In this document: positions 17,704 to 27,218 of the stretch, one piece after another
How positions within the stretch are numbered: the first letter of the stretch is position 1
Layout of the letters: each line of letters opens with the position of its first letter
Sequence record: NC_027402.1
Strand: one strand, 5' to 3'
DNA: 64,000 nucleotides
The notes under the pieces: model-generated
Told to the model about the DNA's origin: nothing
The model's database searches: none
Seen by the model: only the letters and a program-made list of their open reading frames with translations
Program-made: the position numbers and the translations under genes

Positions 17704-19299
17704 GTGAGAAAGGTACCAAAATTCTACGGAATATCCGGCCGATTGGTTAGTCAGGATAACTATTTGTCCGATTTGCAAATAGAAGCTGCTGCCAAAGGTA
17801 TTAAACCGCCCACTATTATTAACGATGTCGCTGTTAACGGGGATGCGATCGAGGTTGCTGAACTTATCGATCGCATGGTACAGAACAGAATCGTTGACGA
17901 AGAACTGAACTCTGCACCGATTTGTAGTTTGGATTGTCCGGCACCGATCGCGCATCGTTACAATCTCGGTTGTAAGTGTCCGACGTGTGGCTATGTTGTA
18001 ACTGAACATCGAATTGAATCCGATGTCTGGTTACGTGCACCTGATGAAATGGGTAACTTCGTCAACCCACGATTCTGGGCAATGTTCAATGCTTTCTTTA
18101 ATAGCAAGTTGAAGAAGTTTGAACGTAACAAGGTCACTATCGAACGCGGTAATGACTTGATGATGTGGATGATTGACCCGTATTACCGTATAGAAGAACC
18201 AGACGGTAAACGCGCACATGCTGTGAAACGTGTATTGGAAGAACATGGTTTCGTTCGTGGCTTGCGCAATCTGGTTGATAACCACGTTAGTATCTTTAAC
18301 ATCCTTACCACGCCAGAAGCCTGGAAGGAAATCTTCGCACCTAATCGACATAACGCCGCTGAAGGTGAACGTTTACGTTTACAATGGAAGGAGCTGTTCG
18401 AAACGCAACGCCATGCATTCTTCCCAAGACACTTACCGCTAATCTCCTCTAAACTTATCGTTACTGAGGAAGGTCGTCGTGGTGTCATGGTAGACCCAGT
18501 GTTCACGGGTGCTATTGATGCGGTGAAAAATATCGCGTTGCTTTATACGCGACGTAAAGCGATCGAACCACGTTTTCTGATTAGTCGTGCTTTGAAAGCG
18601 AACCGTCAGTTAACGTACTTCCACATGGACTTCCGTCGTGAGTCTATGGAAGGTAAACCGGGTGACTATCGTGCGAAATTGGGTTCTACCCATATCCCGT
18701 TCGGTGGTCGTGCAACCATCTCACCTATCTCAGAACCACACGATGCCTGGAAGTTAAAAGCACCATGGCGTTGGATGGTTGGGTTGATGTCGACCCACAT
18801 CGAGAACAAACTGCTACGCCGGGGTTATTCGTCACGGCAGTGTGAACGTATCGTCGCAAAAGCGGCAATGCAGTATGACCCGCTTGTAGACGAAATCTTT
18901 AAAGAACTGATTCGCGAATCCCCAGGTGGTCTTGGGATCATGGTCATACCGCTGCGTAACCCGACGCTGGTACAGTTGTCTATTCAGACGCTGTTCATCG
19001 ACGAAGTTGTTACCGATGTTAACCAGTGTTCGCTGCGTATCTCTGACCGTGTGATAAAGATGGCAAATGGAGATTTCGATGGTGACCAGTTCCAGGTACG
19101 TTTACCAGTCGATGAAACTGAGATGAAGTTGGCGCTCCAATTCCGTCCAGATAACGGCTTTATGTCTTCTACTGATGTGGACCGCGTAGAACACGGCATG
19201 GTTTTACATAACGAGCTAATCAGTATGCAGAACCAGTTCCTTATTGAGGCAGATGAGGACGATGAAGAAGGCATTCCGTTGGAAGCGGTGATGGGCTAA
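17704..19299 (+). CDS. Non-virion RNA polymerase beta' N-terminal subunit (gp23; phiKZ gp55-like)
   Basis: Catalytic NGDFDGD motif (19072-19086), N-terminal Zn-finger cysteines, RNPTL motif. Confidence 0.9.
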   Translation: MRKVPKFYGISGRLVSQDNYLSDLQIEAAAKGIKPPTIINDVAVNGDAIEVAELIDRMVQNRIVDEELNSAPICSLDCPAPIAHRYNLGCKCPTCGYVVTEHRIESDVWLRAPDEMGNFVNPRFWAMFNAFFNSKLKKFERNKVTIERGNDLMMWMIDPYYRIEEPDGKRAHAVKRVLEEHGFVRGLRNLVDNHVSIFNILTTPEAWKEIFAPNRHNAAEGERLRLQWKELFETQRHAFFPRHLPLISSKLIVTEEGRRGVMVDPVFTGAIDAVKNIALLYTRRKAIEPRFLISRALKANRQLTYFHMDFRRESMEGKPGDYRAKLGSTHIPFGGRATISPISEPHDAWKLKAPWRWMVGLMSTHIENKLLRRGYSSRQCERIVAKAAMQYDPLVDEIFKELIRESPGGLGIMVIPLRNPTLVQLSIQTLFIDEVVTDVNQCSLRISDRVIKMANGDFDGDQFQVRLPVDETEMKLALQFRPDNGFMSSTDVDRVEHGMVLHNELISMQNQFLIEADEDDEEGIPLEAVMG

Positions 19300-19312
19300 T
19301 AGGAGTATTGTA

Positions 19313-19894
19313 ATGTGGCTACAAGGTAGCACGGTGTGGACGAAACAGACCGAAGGTAGCGGGGCACTCAGCGTATTCAAAGAATCGTTTTCGCTGTCTA
19401 GCCTGGCACCCGATCTCGTTGACCGTGTAAAAGAACATTGTCAGGACTTAATCTCACTGGAGCGTTTCCGTGAAACATTCAGTACCGCACGTAAGTTACG
19501 TTATAGCGATGCGGTGGAGATGGTAAGACAGATCGAAGAGTTGGGTGAATTCCAGTTCGCCAATGCTGCTTTACAGCCATTCCTCGTTGCCATGCCGGAA
19601 TATCGTAAGTTGTATAATGACGGTATGGCGACTGGTTATGAGAATGGCTTTTCGCGGTTGGATGTGTTCAAAGGCAATGCGTATATGCGTACCGATGACC
19701 ACTTCCGCGAAGCAACATCGGGCATTTCGACGAAGTACGATGAAGATAAGATTTGGCAATGGGCTACCAATGAAGATCGTGCAGTACGACTGAGTCGAAT
19801 CGATAAAGTGGATATTCAACTTAACTGGGCACGCATGTCAGCTTTCGACTGGGAAGATGGTGATCCCTGTTCGGAACTTGGCGCGACGTGTTAA
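19313..19894 (+). CDS. Conserved hypothetical protein (gp24)
   Basis: SD AGGAG; ends at a terminator. Confidence 0.8.
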   Translation: MWLQGSTVWTKQTEGSGALSVFKESFSLSSLAPDLVDRVKEHCQDLISLERFRETFSTARKLRYSDAVEMVRQIEELGEFQFANAALQPFLVAMPEYRKLYNDGMATGYENGFSRLDVFKGNAYMRTDDHFREATSGISTKYDEDKIWQWATNEDRAVRLSRIDKVDIQLNWARMSAFDWEDGDPCSELGATC

Positions 19895-19900
19895 AAAGAT

Positions 19901-19923
19901 GGGGCTTCGGCCCCTCTTTTTTT
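19901..19923 (+). terminator. Rho-independent terminator
   Basis: GGGGC-TTCG-GCCCC plus T7. Confidence 0.85.
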
Positions 19924-19975
19924 CTTCACTGGGGGCTGTATGCAGCATCCTACCTTGAATTTGACAGGAGCTAAC

Positions 19976-20362
19976 ATGATTGCGGTAGGAACCTTATCCA
20001 CACGTGGCTGGGCACGTACACCCCAGGAAAAGGCGCGTGAGTTGATGAACCATTACACCGAGTCTGGCTATAGCCAATCGGTGGTTTATCGTGGGAACAT
20101 TAAATCACTTGCGTATACGCAAGCTGTGTTTGCACAAGATCCCGACGGGATGGTTGCCCAGATTAAAATGGATTTGGAGAACCTCTACGGGAACGTATTT
20201 CCTGCTGGCGTTGAAGTTGAAACCAGCTGGGAGTTTTTAAAAGATTCAGATGTGCGCTACCGCATCTTCATTAGTGTCCGTGTGCAAGAAGTTGCAGACG
20301 GTGAATGGTACGATGTTGAGCGGTACGTGGATACCGAGTCGAGTGCGATTGAGGATATGTAA
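19976..20362 (+). CDS. Virion protein, possibly T4 gp25-like baseplate wedge/sheath initiator (gp25)
   Basis: SD GGAG before the ATG at 19976; TATG motif at 19939; size and pattern resemble the gp25-like fold. Confidence 0.5.
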   Translation: MIAVGTLSTRGWARTPQEKARELMNHYTESGYSQSVVYRGNIKSLAYTQAVFAQDPDGMVAQIKMDLENLYGNVFPAGVEVETSWEFLKDSDVRYRIFISVRVQEVADGEWYDVERYVDTESSAIEDM

Positions 20363-21036
20363 TGAGCCAGGAACCTACATTTAACGGTGTACCGTTAAGC
20401 CAGATGAATGAGCAGATGCGCTTTGAGTATAACAAACTCAAAGAGATTGAAAACGATTTGGCGGAAAGTCAGAACGTCTGTAGTGTCTTCACCGAAGCAC
20501 AGTTCCGTCGCCAGGGCTTACCACTGTTGTCCGGGATGCTTGATGGTACTTTTAACGAAGAGACCTGGACGGCTTACGTAGGAAGTCCATTTGTACCCCT
20601 ACAGATTGTGGACGATGCTGATAATAGCAAACTGCTATTTACCATCCCTGCTCTGCTGAACACCGGCCGCTCGTTAATCACCGTTGACGGCGAACCTTCC
20701 CTCTCCGATGAGACTGAGTACATCCGTCGTCAGGTTGATGTGATTGCAACCGTCGGTGAAACCCAGATGTACAAGATGATCGATTACACCTTAACCGGGA
20801 TCGAAAATATGTCTCTGGCTGAAAACTCAGTTCGTGCGAAGTACATTATTGACTTACTGAACTGGATTTTCCGACGCTACGGTGTGGGTGGTCAATTGCC
20901 ATATCCGGAAGGGTTGGTTGAATACGTCGATAAAATTACCGGCGGTAAAAACACGGCGACAGCTGCAGAGACTTCGGTGCAAGCCCCAGCTCAAACGCAG
21001 CCAATCGTAGGGATCGGTGATGGAGAAGATTACTAA
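20362..21036 (+). CDS. Conserved hypothetical protein (gp26)
   Basis: TAATG coupling; acidic protein. Confidence 0.8.
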   Translation: MSQEPTFNGVPLSQMNEQMRFEYNKLKEIENDLAESQNVCSVFTEAQFRRQGLPLLSGMLDGTFNEETWTAYVGSPFVPLQIVDDADNSKLLFTIPALLNTGRSLITVDGEPSLSDETEYIRRQVDVIATVGETQMYKMIDYTLTGIENMSLAENSVRAKYIIDLLNWIFRRYGVGGQLPYPEGLVEYVDKITGGKNTATAAETSVQAPAQTQPIVGIGDGEDY

Positions 21037-22168
21037 ACCTCCTAAGAAACCAGAAGGTGTTAAGCGCCTTTTGAACACTAACGATATCCATTTGTTGCAT
21101 AAACGTGTGCCCACTTGGCACATCGTGGATGTGATACGTGAGGTACTCATTAGCTGCGAAAATACGCTTGACGCCTTTTATATAGCAGGGGATTTATTTG
21201 ATGATTCCCGACATCTTCGCCAGGAAGATTCTCAAGAAGCTGTGGGCTTCTTGACGTGGTTGCTCCAGTGGTCTAAGGCCACTAATACCGCAGTTCGCAT
21301 CGTTGAGGGAACACCGTCCCATGACCACGGCCAGTCCAAAATAGTTGAGTCGCTGAACATCAGTATAGGCGCAGACTGTTTGTATTTGGCAGGGATCGGG
21401 ATATTTTACGATCCGGCTCTCGATGCGATGGTAGGTTGGGTGCAGGACGAATATAAAGCTGCTGGCGTCGATGAAATTAATGCCGCTGCCACTGAGGCAG
21501 AAATGGCAGAACTGATGGCGACACGAGGCCTGGAGAAGTTAGACTTTATCTTCATGCACGGCTGCTTCCAGTTTCAACTCCCTGTCGAGTCCCCTCGTTC
21601 TTTCCACGAGGAGTTCTGGTTGCCGAGAGTTAAGCACCTGATATTTATCGGGCATGACCATCGACCTAAAGAATTAGACAAGATAAGAGTTGTAGGTAGT
21701 CCTGAGCGGCTATCTCAAGGTGAAGAGGAGGACAAAGGCGTAGCTCTTGTCGATTTCACCGATACGGTTGCCAGGGACTATTTCCTGGTTAACCCACGCG
21801 CGTGCCCGCAGAAAAAGATTCGGGCACAGGAAGACTTTGATGCGCAGTTAGCAGCTTGTCTTTCTGCATTAGAATACATCGACAATCATCCCTCGTCCGC
21901 TATTGGGCGATTTGAGGTCGAGTATTACGCAGGTTCACCGATGGCCGAATACGTCAGTCGGTGGAAAAAAGAATACACGTTCCATATTTCTGGAGAGCGT
22001 GTGCGCTCCTCTGAAGAAGAGGAGTTGTTAGTGAAGAGTTTTTCGAACGAAGCCCCAGTGTACGAAAAACCTACTCCTGAGAACTTCGAACGGTTGGTTC
22101 TCGAAGAGCTAACATCAGTGAAGTACGACCCTGATGTTGTTACTGCAATCATTAGGAAAATAGAATGA
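21017..22168 (+). CDS. SbcD/Mre11-like metallophosphoesterase nuclease (gp27)
   Basis: Motifs NDIH, AGDLFD, GTPSHD, FMHG, GHDH in canonical order. Confidence 0.85.
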   Translation: MMEKITKPPKKPEGVKRLLNTNDIHLLHKRVPTWHIVDVIREVLISCENTLDAFYIAGDLFDDSRHLRQEDSQEAVGFLTWLLQWSKATNTAVRIVEGTPSHDHGQSKIVESLNISIGADCLYLAGIGIFYDPALDAMVGWVQDEYKAAGVDEINAAATEAEMAELMATRGLEKLDFIFMHGCFQFQLPVESPRSFHEEFWLPRVKHLIFIGHDHRPKELDKIRVVGSPERLSQGEEEDKGVALVDFTDTVARDYFLVNPRACPQKKIRAQEDFDAQLAACLSALEYIDNHPSSAIGRFEVEYYAGSPMAEYVSRWKKEYTFHISGERVRSSEEEELLVKSFSNEAPVYEKPTPENFERLVLEELTSVKYDPDVVTAIIRKIE

Positions 22169-23001
22169 ATCCAATCAGTGTTGATCGCACTTTCGGGTTC
22201 TATTCAGTGTCAATCGCCAGTTCGCTGGCGTTTGAAGGTCTGCTGCATACCGGCGAATACGCCGACTGGAAAGGTGAATTGCCTATCCATTCCTATCAGG
22301 AAATATACCTGAATCTCCGGACATTGTTCCGTAACGCCTTTTATGCGTTTGAAGAGAATAGAGAACGGTTAACACCCGACGTGATGCTAACATCGATTGA
22401 AGAAGATATTAATAATCTTACGGCTACCGCGAGAGCGGTAGCCCCTTCGGTGTTATGCGTTCCGTACCTTTGTAGCTATCGTAGCGCTAACAAAGTGTTT
22501 CCCGAAGCCTCGTTCAAAAACATTGCAGGCGGTCAGGATAAGATGACGCCAAACCAGCTGCACTATAATGCACTGGAACACGACACCTTAAAAATGTACG
22601 GTGAGAAACACGAAAATGACTTCCGTCAATTCGATGTTTTCCCAGAGGGTAGCCGCGACACACTGTTACTGACCCACATGCCAGCTGATCTCCTGGCACG
22701 TAAAGATTTCCCTAAACTGGGTTTGTTGGAATCACATACCGGTAAAGTGAAAACGCAACTGGAGTGGTACACCAAACTTAACGGGAAACCCCAACATATT
22801 CCGTTTAACAAAGCGTTCCTGACGTTATTTGGCGACGGGATAATGTTTTCACCCCTCGATCGCAAAACGCGTGGGGTGGTGTTAAAAACCGCAGAGAAGT
22901 ACAGCTGGAAACAGGATACCACAATGGACCGTATTTATAACTGTCTAAAACTGGTGAATGAGCCATTTGTAATTGAACTGCTCCGCAGGCTTATGAAGTA
23001 A
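22165..23001 (+). CDS. Conserved hypothetical protein, possibly degenerate 5'-3' nuclease fold (gp28)
   Basis: ATGA coupling; weak resemblance only (YLNLRTLFRNAF, LTHMPADLL, FGD). Confidence 0.6.
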   Translation: MNPISVDRTFGFYSVSIASSLAFEGLLHTGEYADWKGELPIHSYQEIYLNLRTLFRNAFYAFEENRERLTPDVMLTSIEEDINNLTATARAVAPSVLCVPYLCSYRSANKVFPEASFKNIAGGQDKMTPNQLHYNALEHDTLKMYGEKHENDFRQFDVFPEGSRDTLLLTHMPADLLARKDFPKLGLLESHTGKVKTQLEWYTKLNGKPQHIPFNKAFLTLFGDGIMFSPLDRKTRGVVLKTAEKYSWKQDTTMDRIYNCLKLVNEPFVIELLRRLMK

Positions 23002-23027
23002 GTTAAAATTTACGTTAGTGGGACATC

Positions 23028-23723
23028 ATGTGTGAACCACTAGACTGCTTTTCCGAAAAGGATGAAATGATGATTAACCAAGAAATTTTCAAAGACAAAT
23101 GGCTTTACCCGCAGACCGAACCGGATCAGCAAAACCGTACGCGTAAACTCAACATTGAACCGAATGATTTCAACGGTGATGTTGAAACTATGAAGTTTAG
23201 CTACTCTTTTGGTAAGGGCGAAGGTCTCTATTTCTCTGCACCGATTACGGTTTGCCGTACCATTATCGAAGCTCTGCAGGATTGTCTGCGTAAGAGCGAA
23301 AAGAGTATGCTGAAGTTTACTAACGAAAACGGCAACAAACCGCCCGTTAGTCTGATTGTTGGCCGTGAAGACAACCTGGTACCGTTCATCGCTATTGCCG
23401 GTGAAATCCAGGGCGTTGGTGCCCGCCAGAAGAAGTTCTACTTCTCCTACCCGAAAGGTTTCCGTATTTTCCGCGACGGCCAGCAGGTTTCTGATTTAGA
23501 ACTTGCTGAGCGCTGTGCACGTGCGTTTATCACTAACTTCGAGAAGTTCTTACAGAACCTGGAAGAGAAATATAAGCCGCGTGAATTCCAGCAAGGTGGT
23601 GGTAGCTTCGGTCGCGGTGGATACGGCGGTGGCCAGGGTGGTGGTCAGCGTAGCGGCGGCGGTTATCAACAGCAACAATCTGCACCTCCAGCAACCACTG
23701 ATTCTTACGACGAATTCCTCTAA
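23028..23723 (+). CDS. ChmC-like single-stranded nucleic-acid-binding protein (gp29; phiKZ gp67 position)
   Basis: Immediately upstream of the gp68-like gene; beta-rich core plus G/Q/RGG disordered tail and acidic end SYDEFL. Confidence 0.6.
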   Translation: MCEPLDCFSEKDEMMINQEIFKDKWLYPQTEPDQQNRTRKLNIEPNDFNGDVETMKFSYSFGKGEGLYFSAPITVCRTIIEALQDCLRKSEKSMLKFTNENGNKPPVSLIVGREDNLVPFIAIAGEIQGVGARQKKFYFSYPKGFRIFRDGQQVSDLELAERCARAFITNFEKFLQNLEEKYKPREFQQGGGSFGRGGYGGGQGGGQRSGGGYQQQQSAPPATTDSYDEFL

Positions 23724-23727
23724 GAAA

Positions 23728-23765
23728 CAAAATAAAAAATACGCCCAAGGGAAACCTTGGGCTAT
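23728..23765. terminator. GAAA hairpin terminator with U-tract on the minus strand
   Basis: GCCCAAGG-GAAA-CCTTGGGC preceded by an A-run. Confidence 0.6.
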
Positions 23766-23809
23766 TAACGCTTATGCGTGGTCCTGCAACACACACTGTA
23801 AGAAGATTG

Positions 23810-23823
23810 AGATAGATATTATC
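23810..23823 (+). promoter_or_regulatory. Putative early promoter
   Basis: AGATAGATATTATC upstream of gp30. Confidence 0.7.
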
Positions 23824-23858
23824 TCAGTGCAATCGACTATTCGCGGAGTTCAACTATA

Positions 23859-25493
23859 ATGAAAATTACGAAGATTAAAGACCGGATGACAATCGAGCAT
23901 CATGGTCAAGAGGTCTCATTTATTGGCTTACGTTATCGGAAGGATAACAACGCACCCGACTACATCACTGTTAAAGGTAAACAGATTGCACGCGACAACA
24001 TTCTCTTCATGGAATTACAACGCGTGTGGGATTATTTAACGCCAGACGAACAAGATGAACTGTTCATGGCGTATCTGATGCTGGACGAGCTGGCAAACGA
24101 ATCGACGGAAACGCAGCGTAAGCACATGCCGAAGATTGTGCAGACGATTGCGAAGTTCCACAAGGCCGAAGTGTATCGTAAGCTGTATCCCATCGATAAG
24201 CTGTGGATTCCGCAGAACATGGAAGATACGCACGATGAAATGAACAGTAATTATCCGGAAGCGATGACGTACATTCGTCCGGACTATTACGAGTTGTTGA
24301 TACTGGTCCTGATGATTAAACCGTATATTCCGGTGTTCCTCACCATGGGGACGTTCCCGATAGGTAAGAACTTGCCAATCGAAACACATCGGAAAATGGT
24401 GTACAATCTGACATACTGTCTGGAGATGCTTCAAGACACAGAAGTCATGTCTTTACCTGCTATTCCGAAACTGCGTGGGTTCCTACAGACAGTGATGGAA
24501 AAGGTAGAAAAAGAACTGGCAAACAAAGGTACGAACAGCACCAGTTTGTCGGTACTGGCTACGGTGCGGGGCTATGGCACGGATATGATGGAAGATTATA
24601 TCCTGGCGTATGCTATTATTAAATTGTTGGCTGTCCGTGAAGTCGGTGGTGAATTACCGGTTGAAATCATGGTTAACAACAATATCGTCACCGGCATGTA
24701 TTTTCTGGTTAAACAAGAGATTGAAACGGGTTTTGCAAACAAAATCTCTAACCAGCCGGTGCTGTTAAAAGCGCATCCAGAAAGTGTGGTATTCAATGGC
24801 GAAAAGGGTAAGATAAACGCCATGGATTTGGTGCAGGCACGTTCTCCTGCCCAGATGAAAGAATACGTCCGTACCGAGTACGTATTTAAAGAATACCGCT
24901 CTTTCTTGAAAACAATGCGTCTGGATAATGCCGCTCCAGCAGATGTTAAGTTATTGATTGATTCGCAGCTGGCAACACACGACGGTCCTGTCTATACGTT
25001 GCACGAATGGTTAGTCGCATTAGCACTTCATCGTAGCGTGCATTATAAGACGTATACCGAATGTGGGCCAGAAGCGTTTCGCTACGGTATGGCATTGGCA
25101 CAGGCAACTTATCTCAATTATGGAATGTATGACGTTGCGCAACTGTTAAGTTGCAATATGGTGCGTTCTGAGATGTCTGCCGGTTATGCAGCCGACCCAA
25201 TTCGATCTGAACTCAAAGCAGATTTAGATAGATATTATCTTCAGGAGTATCGCAACCCGCGTAATCTCGAACCGCAATCTACACCACGGGAATCACTGAC
25301 CTTGTTACACAAGGATCACATCAACCCGTATCTGTTCCATCTCAGGGCTACACCAGAAGCAGCTGCGCTGCTGAAGTGTGAGACGGATCAGCCAAACTAT
25401 ATACCTCACTTGTCACTGCACAATAGCCTGGCGGAGTTTATGGTGTTGAATGCACGTCGCAAGTTAGAAGAAGTTGAATGGTTTAATTCTTAA
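23859..25493 (+). CDS. nvRNAP promoter-specificity (sigma-like) subunit (gp30; phiKZ gp68-like)
   Basis: 544 aa, helical; called mainly from synteny. Confidence 0.65.
   Translation: MKITKIKDRMTIEHHGQEVSFIGLRYRKDNNAPDYITVKGKQIARDNILFMELQRVWDYLTPDEQDELFMAYLMLDELANESTETQRKHMPKIVQTIAKFHKAEVYRKLYPIDKLWIPQNMEDTHDEMNSNYPEAMTYIRPDYYELLILVLMIKPYIPVFLTMGTFPIGKNLPIETHRKMVYNLTYCLEMLQDTEVMSLPAIPKLRGFLQTVMEKVEKELANKGTNSTSLSVLATVRGYGTDMMEDYILAYAIIKLLAVREVGGELPVEIMVNNNIVTGMYFLVKQEIETGFANKISNQPVLLKAHPESVVFNGEKGKINAMDLVQARSPAQMKEYVRTEYVFKEYRSFLKTMRLDNAAPADVKLLIDSQLATHDGPVYTLHEWLVALALHRSVHYKTYTECGPEAFRYGMALAQATYLNYGMYDVAQLLSCNMVRSEMSAGYAADPIRSELKADLDRYYLQEYRNPRNLEPQSTPRESLTLLHKDHINPYLFHLRATPEAAALLKCETDQPNYIPHLSLHNSLAEFMVLNARRKLEEVEWFNS
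25226..25239 (+). promoter_or_regulatory. Putative intragenic early promoter upstream of gp31
   Basis: Exact AGATAGATATTATC inside gp30, 267 nt before the gp31 start. Confidence 0.5.
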
Positions 25494-25505
25494 GGAGTAT
25501 TTAAA

Positions 25506-27206
25506 ATGCAGCTTGTAAATCTACTGATGTATCCGGTCTATGATGTTCCAGAGCAAGTTCGTCGCCGCATCGGCTTTAACGCATCGACGGGTGCACTGGA
25601 TGACTTAGCAGCAGCGGTTGAACTGGGCGGGGAAAAAGCTGTGGGAACACAGCAGTATCAAGAAGCATTATCTGCCATCGTGGGCTTCGATGGCACCCAG
25701 AACGGTTTTGAGCGCCCATTCATCAACGTGTCCGATGATGACAATCGTCCTGTACAGTTCCAATGGGAATCACGTGATACCGGTATCTTTAACTTCGTGG
25801 CGGTGTTTATTGCTAAACCTCTGAATGCAACACGCACTCAGGAAACGCAATACATCGTCTCCGGTTATACCAGTCAGGCAGAAACCAGCCTGGGTAGCCT
25901 GCTGCCGGACGATATGGTGTTGTACATTAACGACATCTACGGCTTACAGGCAACGTATACACACGATGCCCTGGGCGGCAAAACATTGAACCCAGACTCA
26001 TTCCGTCTACTGGATAACTACGTTTTATCGAAAGCGCTGTCTGTTGAAGGTCAAACAGAAAGTACGGTAGATATCATTTCGATCGCGAAAGCCGCGGATA
26101 TGGTAAAACGTATTGAAATGAATAGCGGTGAGAAGTTCGTTCCAACGAGCGACTCTGTGCTATCCGCAACCAGTAGCTCTGCACCACAGTTGATGGTATC
26201 CCAACTCCAGCGTCCAGAAAACTACGTATCTGCAATCAGTAATGCGTATCTGGCAAGCTCTGGGGTAGATACCGAACTCGGTAGCGTGGAAAGCTTCTTT
26301 GCAGGTAATAACTCCATCGGCGTTGAATCTGAATTGAAGCAGCGTGGTGTTATCCGTAACTACAGCAACCACGAACTGATTGCTGCGATGCGTCAAGCAC
26401 TCCAGAACGGGATGTCTGATGTATCTGGCGGTTGGAAAGCAACCAGTAAGGCGACGTTCCGTTTGGCTGATTTGCGTAATGCGATTGTCAACCCAATGCG
26501 GTTGGATGAATGTATCCGTGAATCGCTGGCGCTGGCAAGTCGCCGTGGGTTGGGTGCAGGGCTGGTTAACCAAACCGACCACTGGATTGGACGTAACGGC
26601 TTTTCTACTCAGGGTAGTCTAGTTGCGTATGATCTGGCTATGTCTATCGGGCCGATTATGTCACGTAACCTGATTGGTGAAGTGAGCTTTGTCTTTGATA
26701 ACCGCAACACGGATATCATGATAGAGCCTACGCTGGAAGTTATTCCTAACTCAGTCAGCAGCATCACACACCATCAGTTACCTGCTGCATTAGGTCGTCG
26801 TTTCTTGCAGAACATGAAAGAAGCGATGGTTCAGGTTACTAAACATAACCATATTCGCTGTCACATGCTGGTCACCGCATTGTTGGGGACCGTTACTCGT
26901 ATTGAAATCCGTGTCGACGACGAACCGCTGGAATATTACACCTACGCGTCGTTTATGCAATTCCGTCTCCATACCGGCAACACCACCGATCTCAAATACG
27001 TTGGTGAGCTGGCACAGAACACCGCAACGCTGTTGAAAGCCGTGGAAGAAGGTTATACAGAATTCGAGAAAGGCCAAGGCCGGGGTCGAATGCTATCTAA
27101 CATTCCAACTAACACAGGTGGCTTAGATCCTCTTGGAGGTCTTGACCTGGGTGGTGGCTTAGGCGGTATAGGCGGAAACGGACTCGGCAACGGTCTCATT
27201 GATTAA
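25506..27206 (+). CDS. Probable PicA/Imp1 nuclear-import protein (gp31; phiKZ gp69 position)
   Basis: Synteny directly after the gp68-like gene; Gly/Leu-rich C-tail. Confidence 0.6.
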   Translation: MQLVNLLMYPVYDVPEQVRRRIGFNASTGALDDLAAAVELGGEKAVGTQQYQEALSAIVGFDGTQNGFERPFINVSDDDNRPVQFQWESRDTGIFNFVAVFIAKPLNATRTQETQYIVSGYTSQAETSLGSLLPDDMVLYINDIYGLQATYTHDALGGKTLNPDSFRLLDNYVLSKALSVEGQTESTVDIISIAKAADMVKRIEMNSGEKFVPTSDSVLSATSSSAPQLMVSQLQRPENYVSAISNAYLASSGVDTELGSVESFFAGNNSIGVESELKQRGVIRNYSNHELIAAMRQALQNGMSDVSGGWKATSKATFRLADLRNAIVNPMRLDECIRESLALASRRGLGAGLVNQTDHWIGRNGFSTQGSLVAYDLAMSIGPIMSRNLIGEVSFVFDNRNTDIMIEPTLEVIPNSVSSITHHQLPAALGRRFLQNMKEAMVQVTKHNHIRCHMLVTALLGTVTRIEIRVDDEPLEYYTYASFMQFRLHTGNTTDLKYVGELAQNTATLLKAVEEGYTEFEKGQGRGRMLSNIPTNTGGLDPLGGLDLGGGLGGIGGNGLGNGLID

Positions 27207-27218
27207 GGATTATTAACC

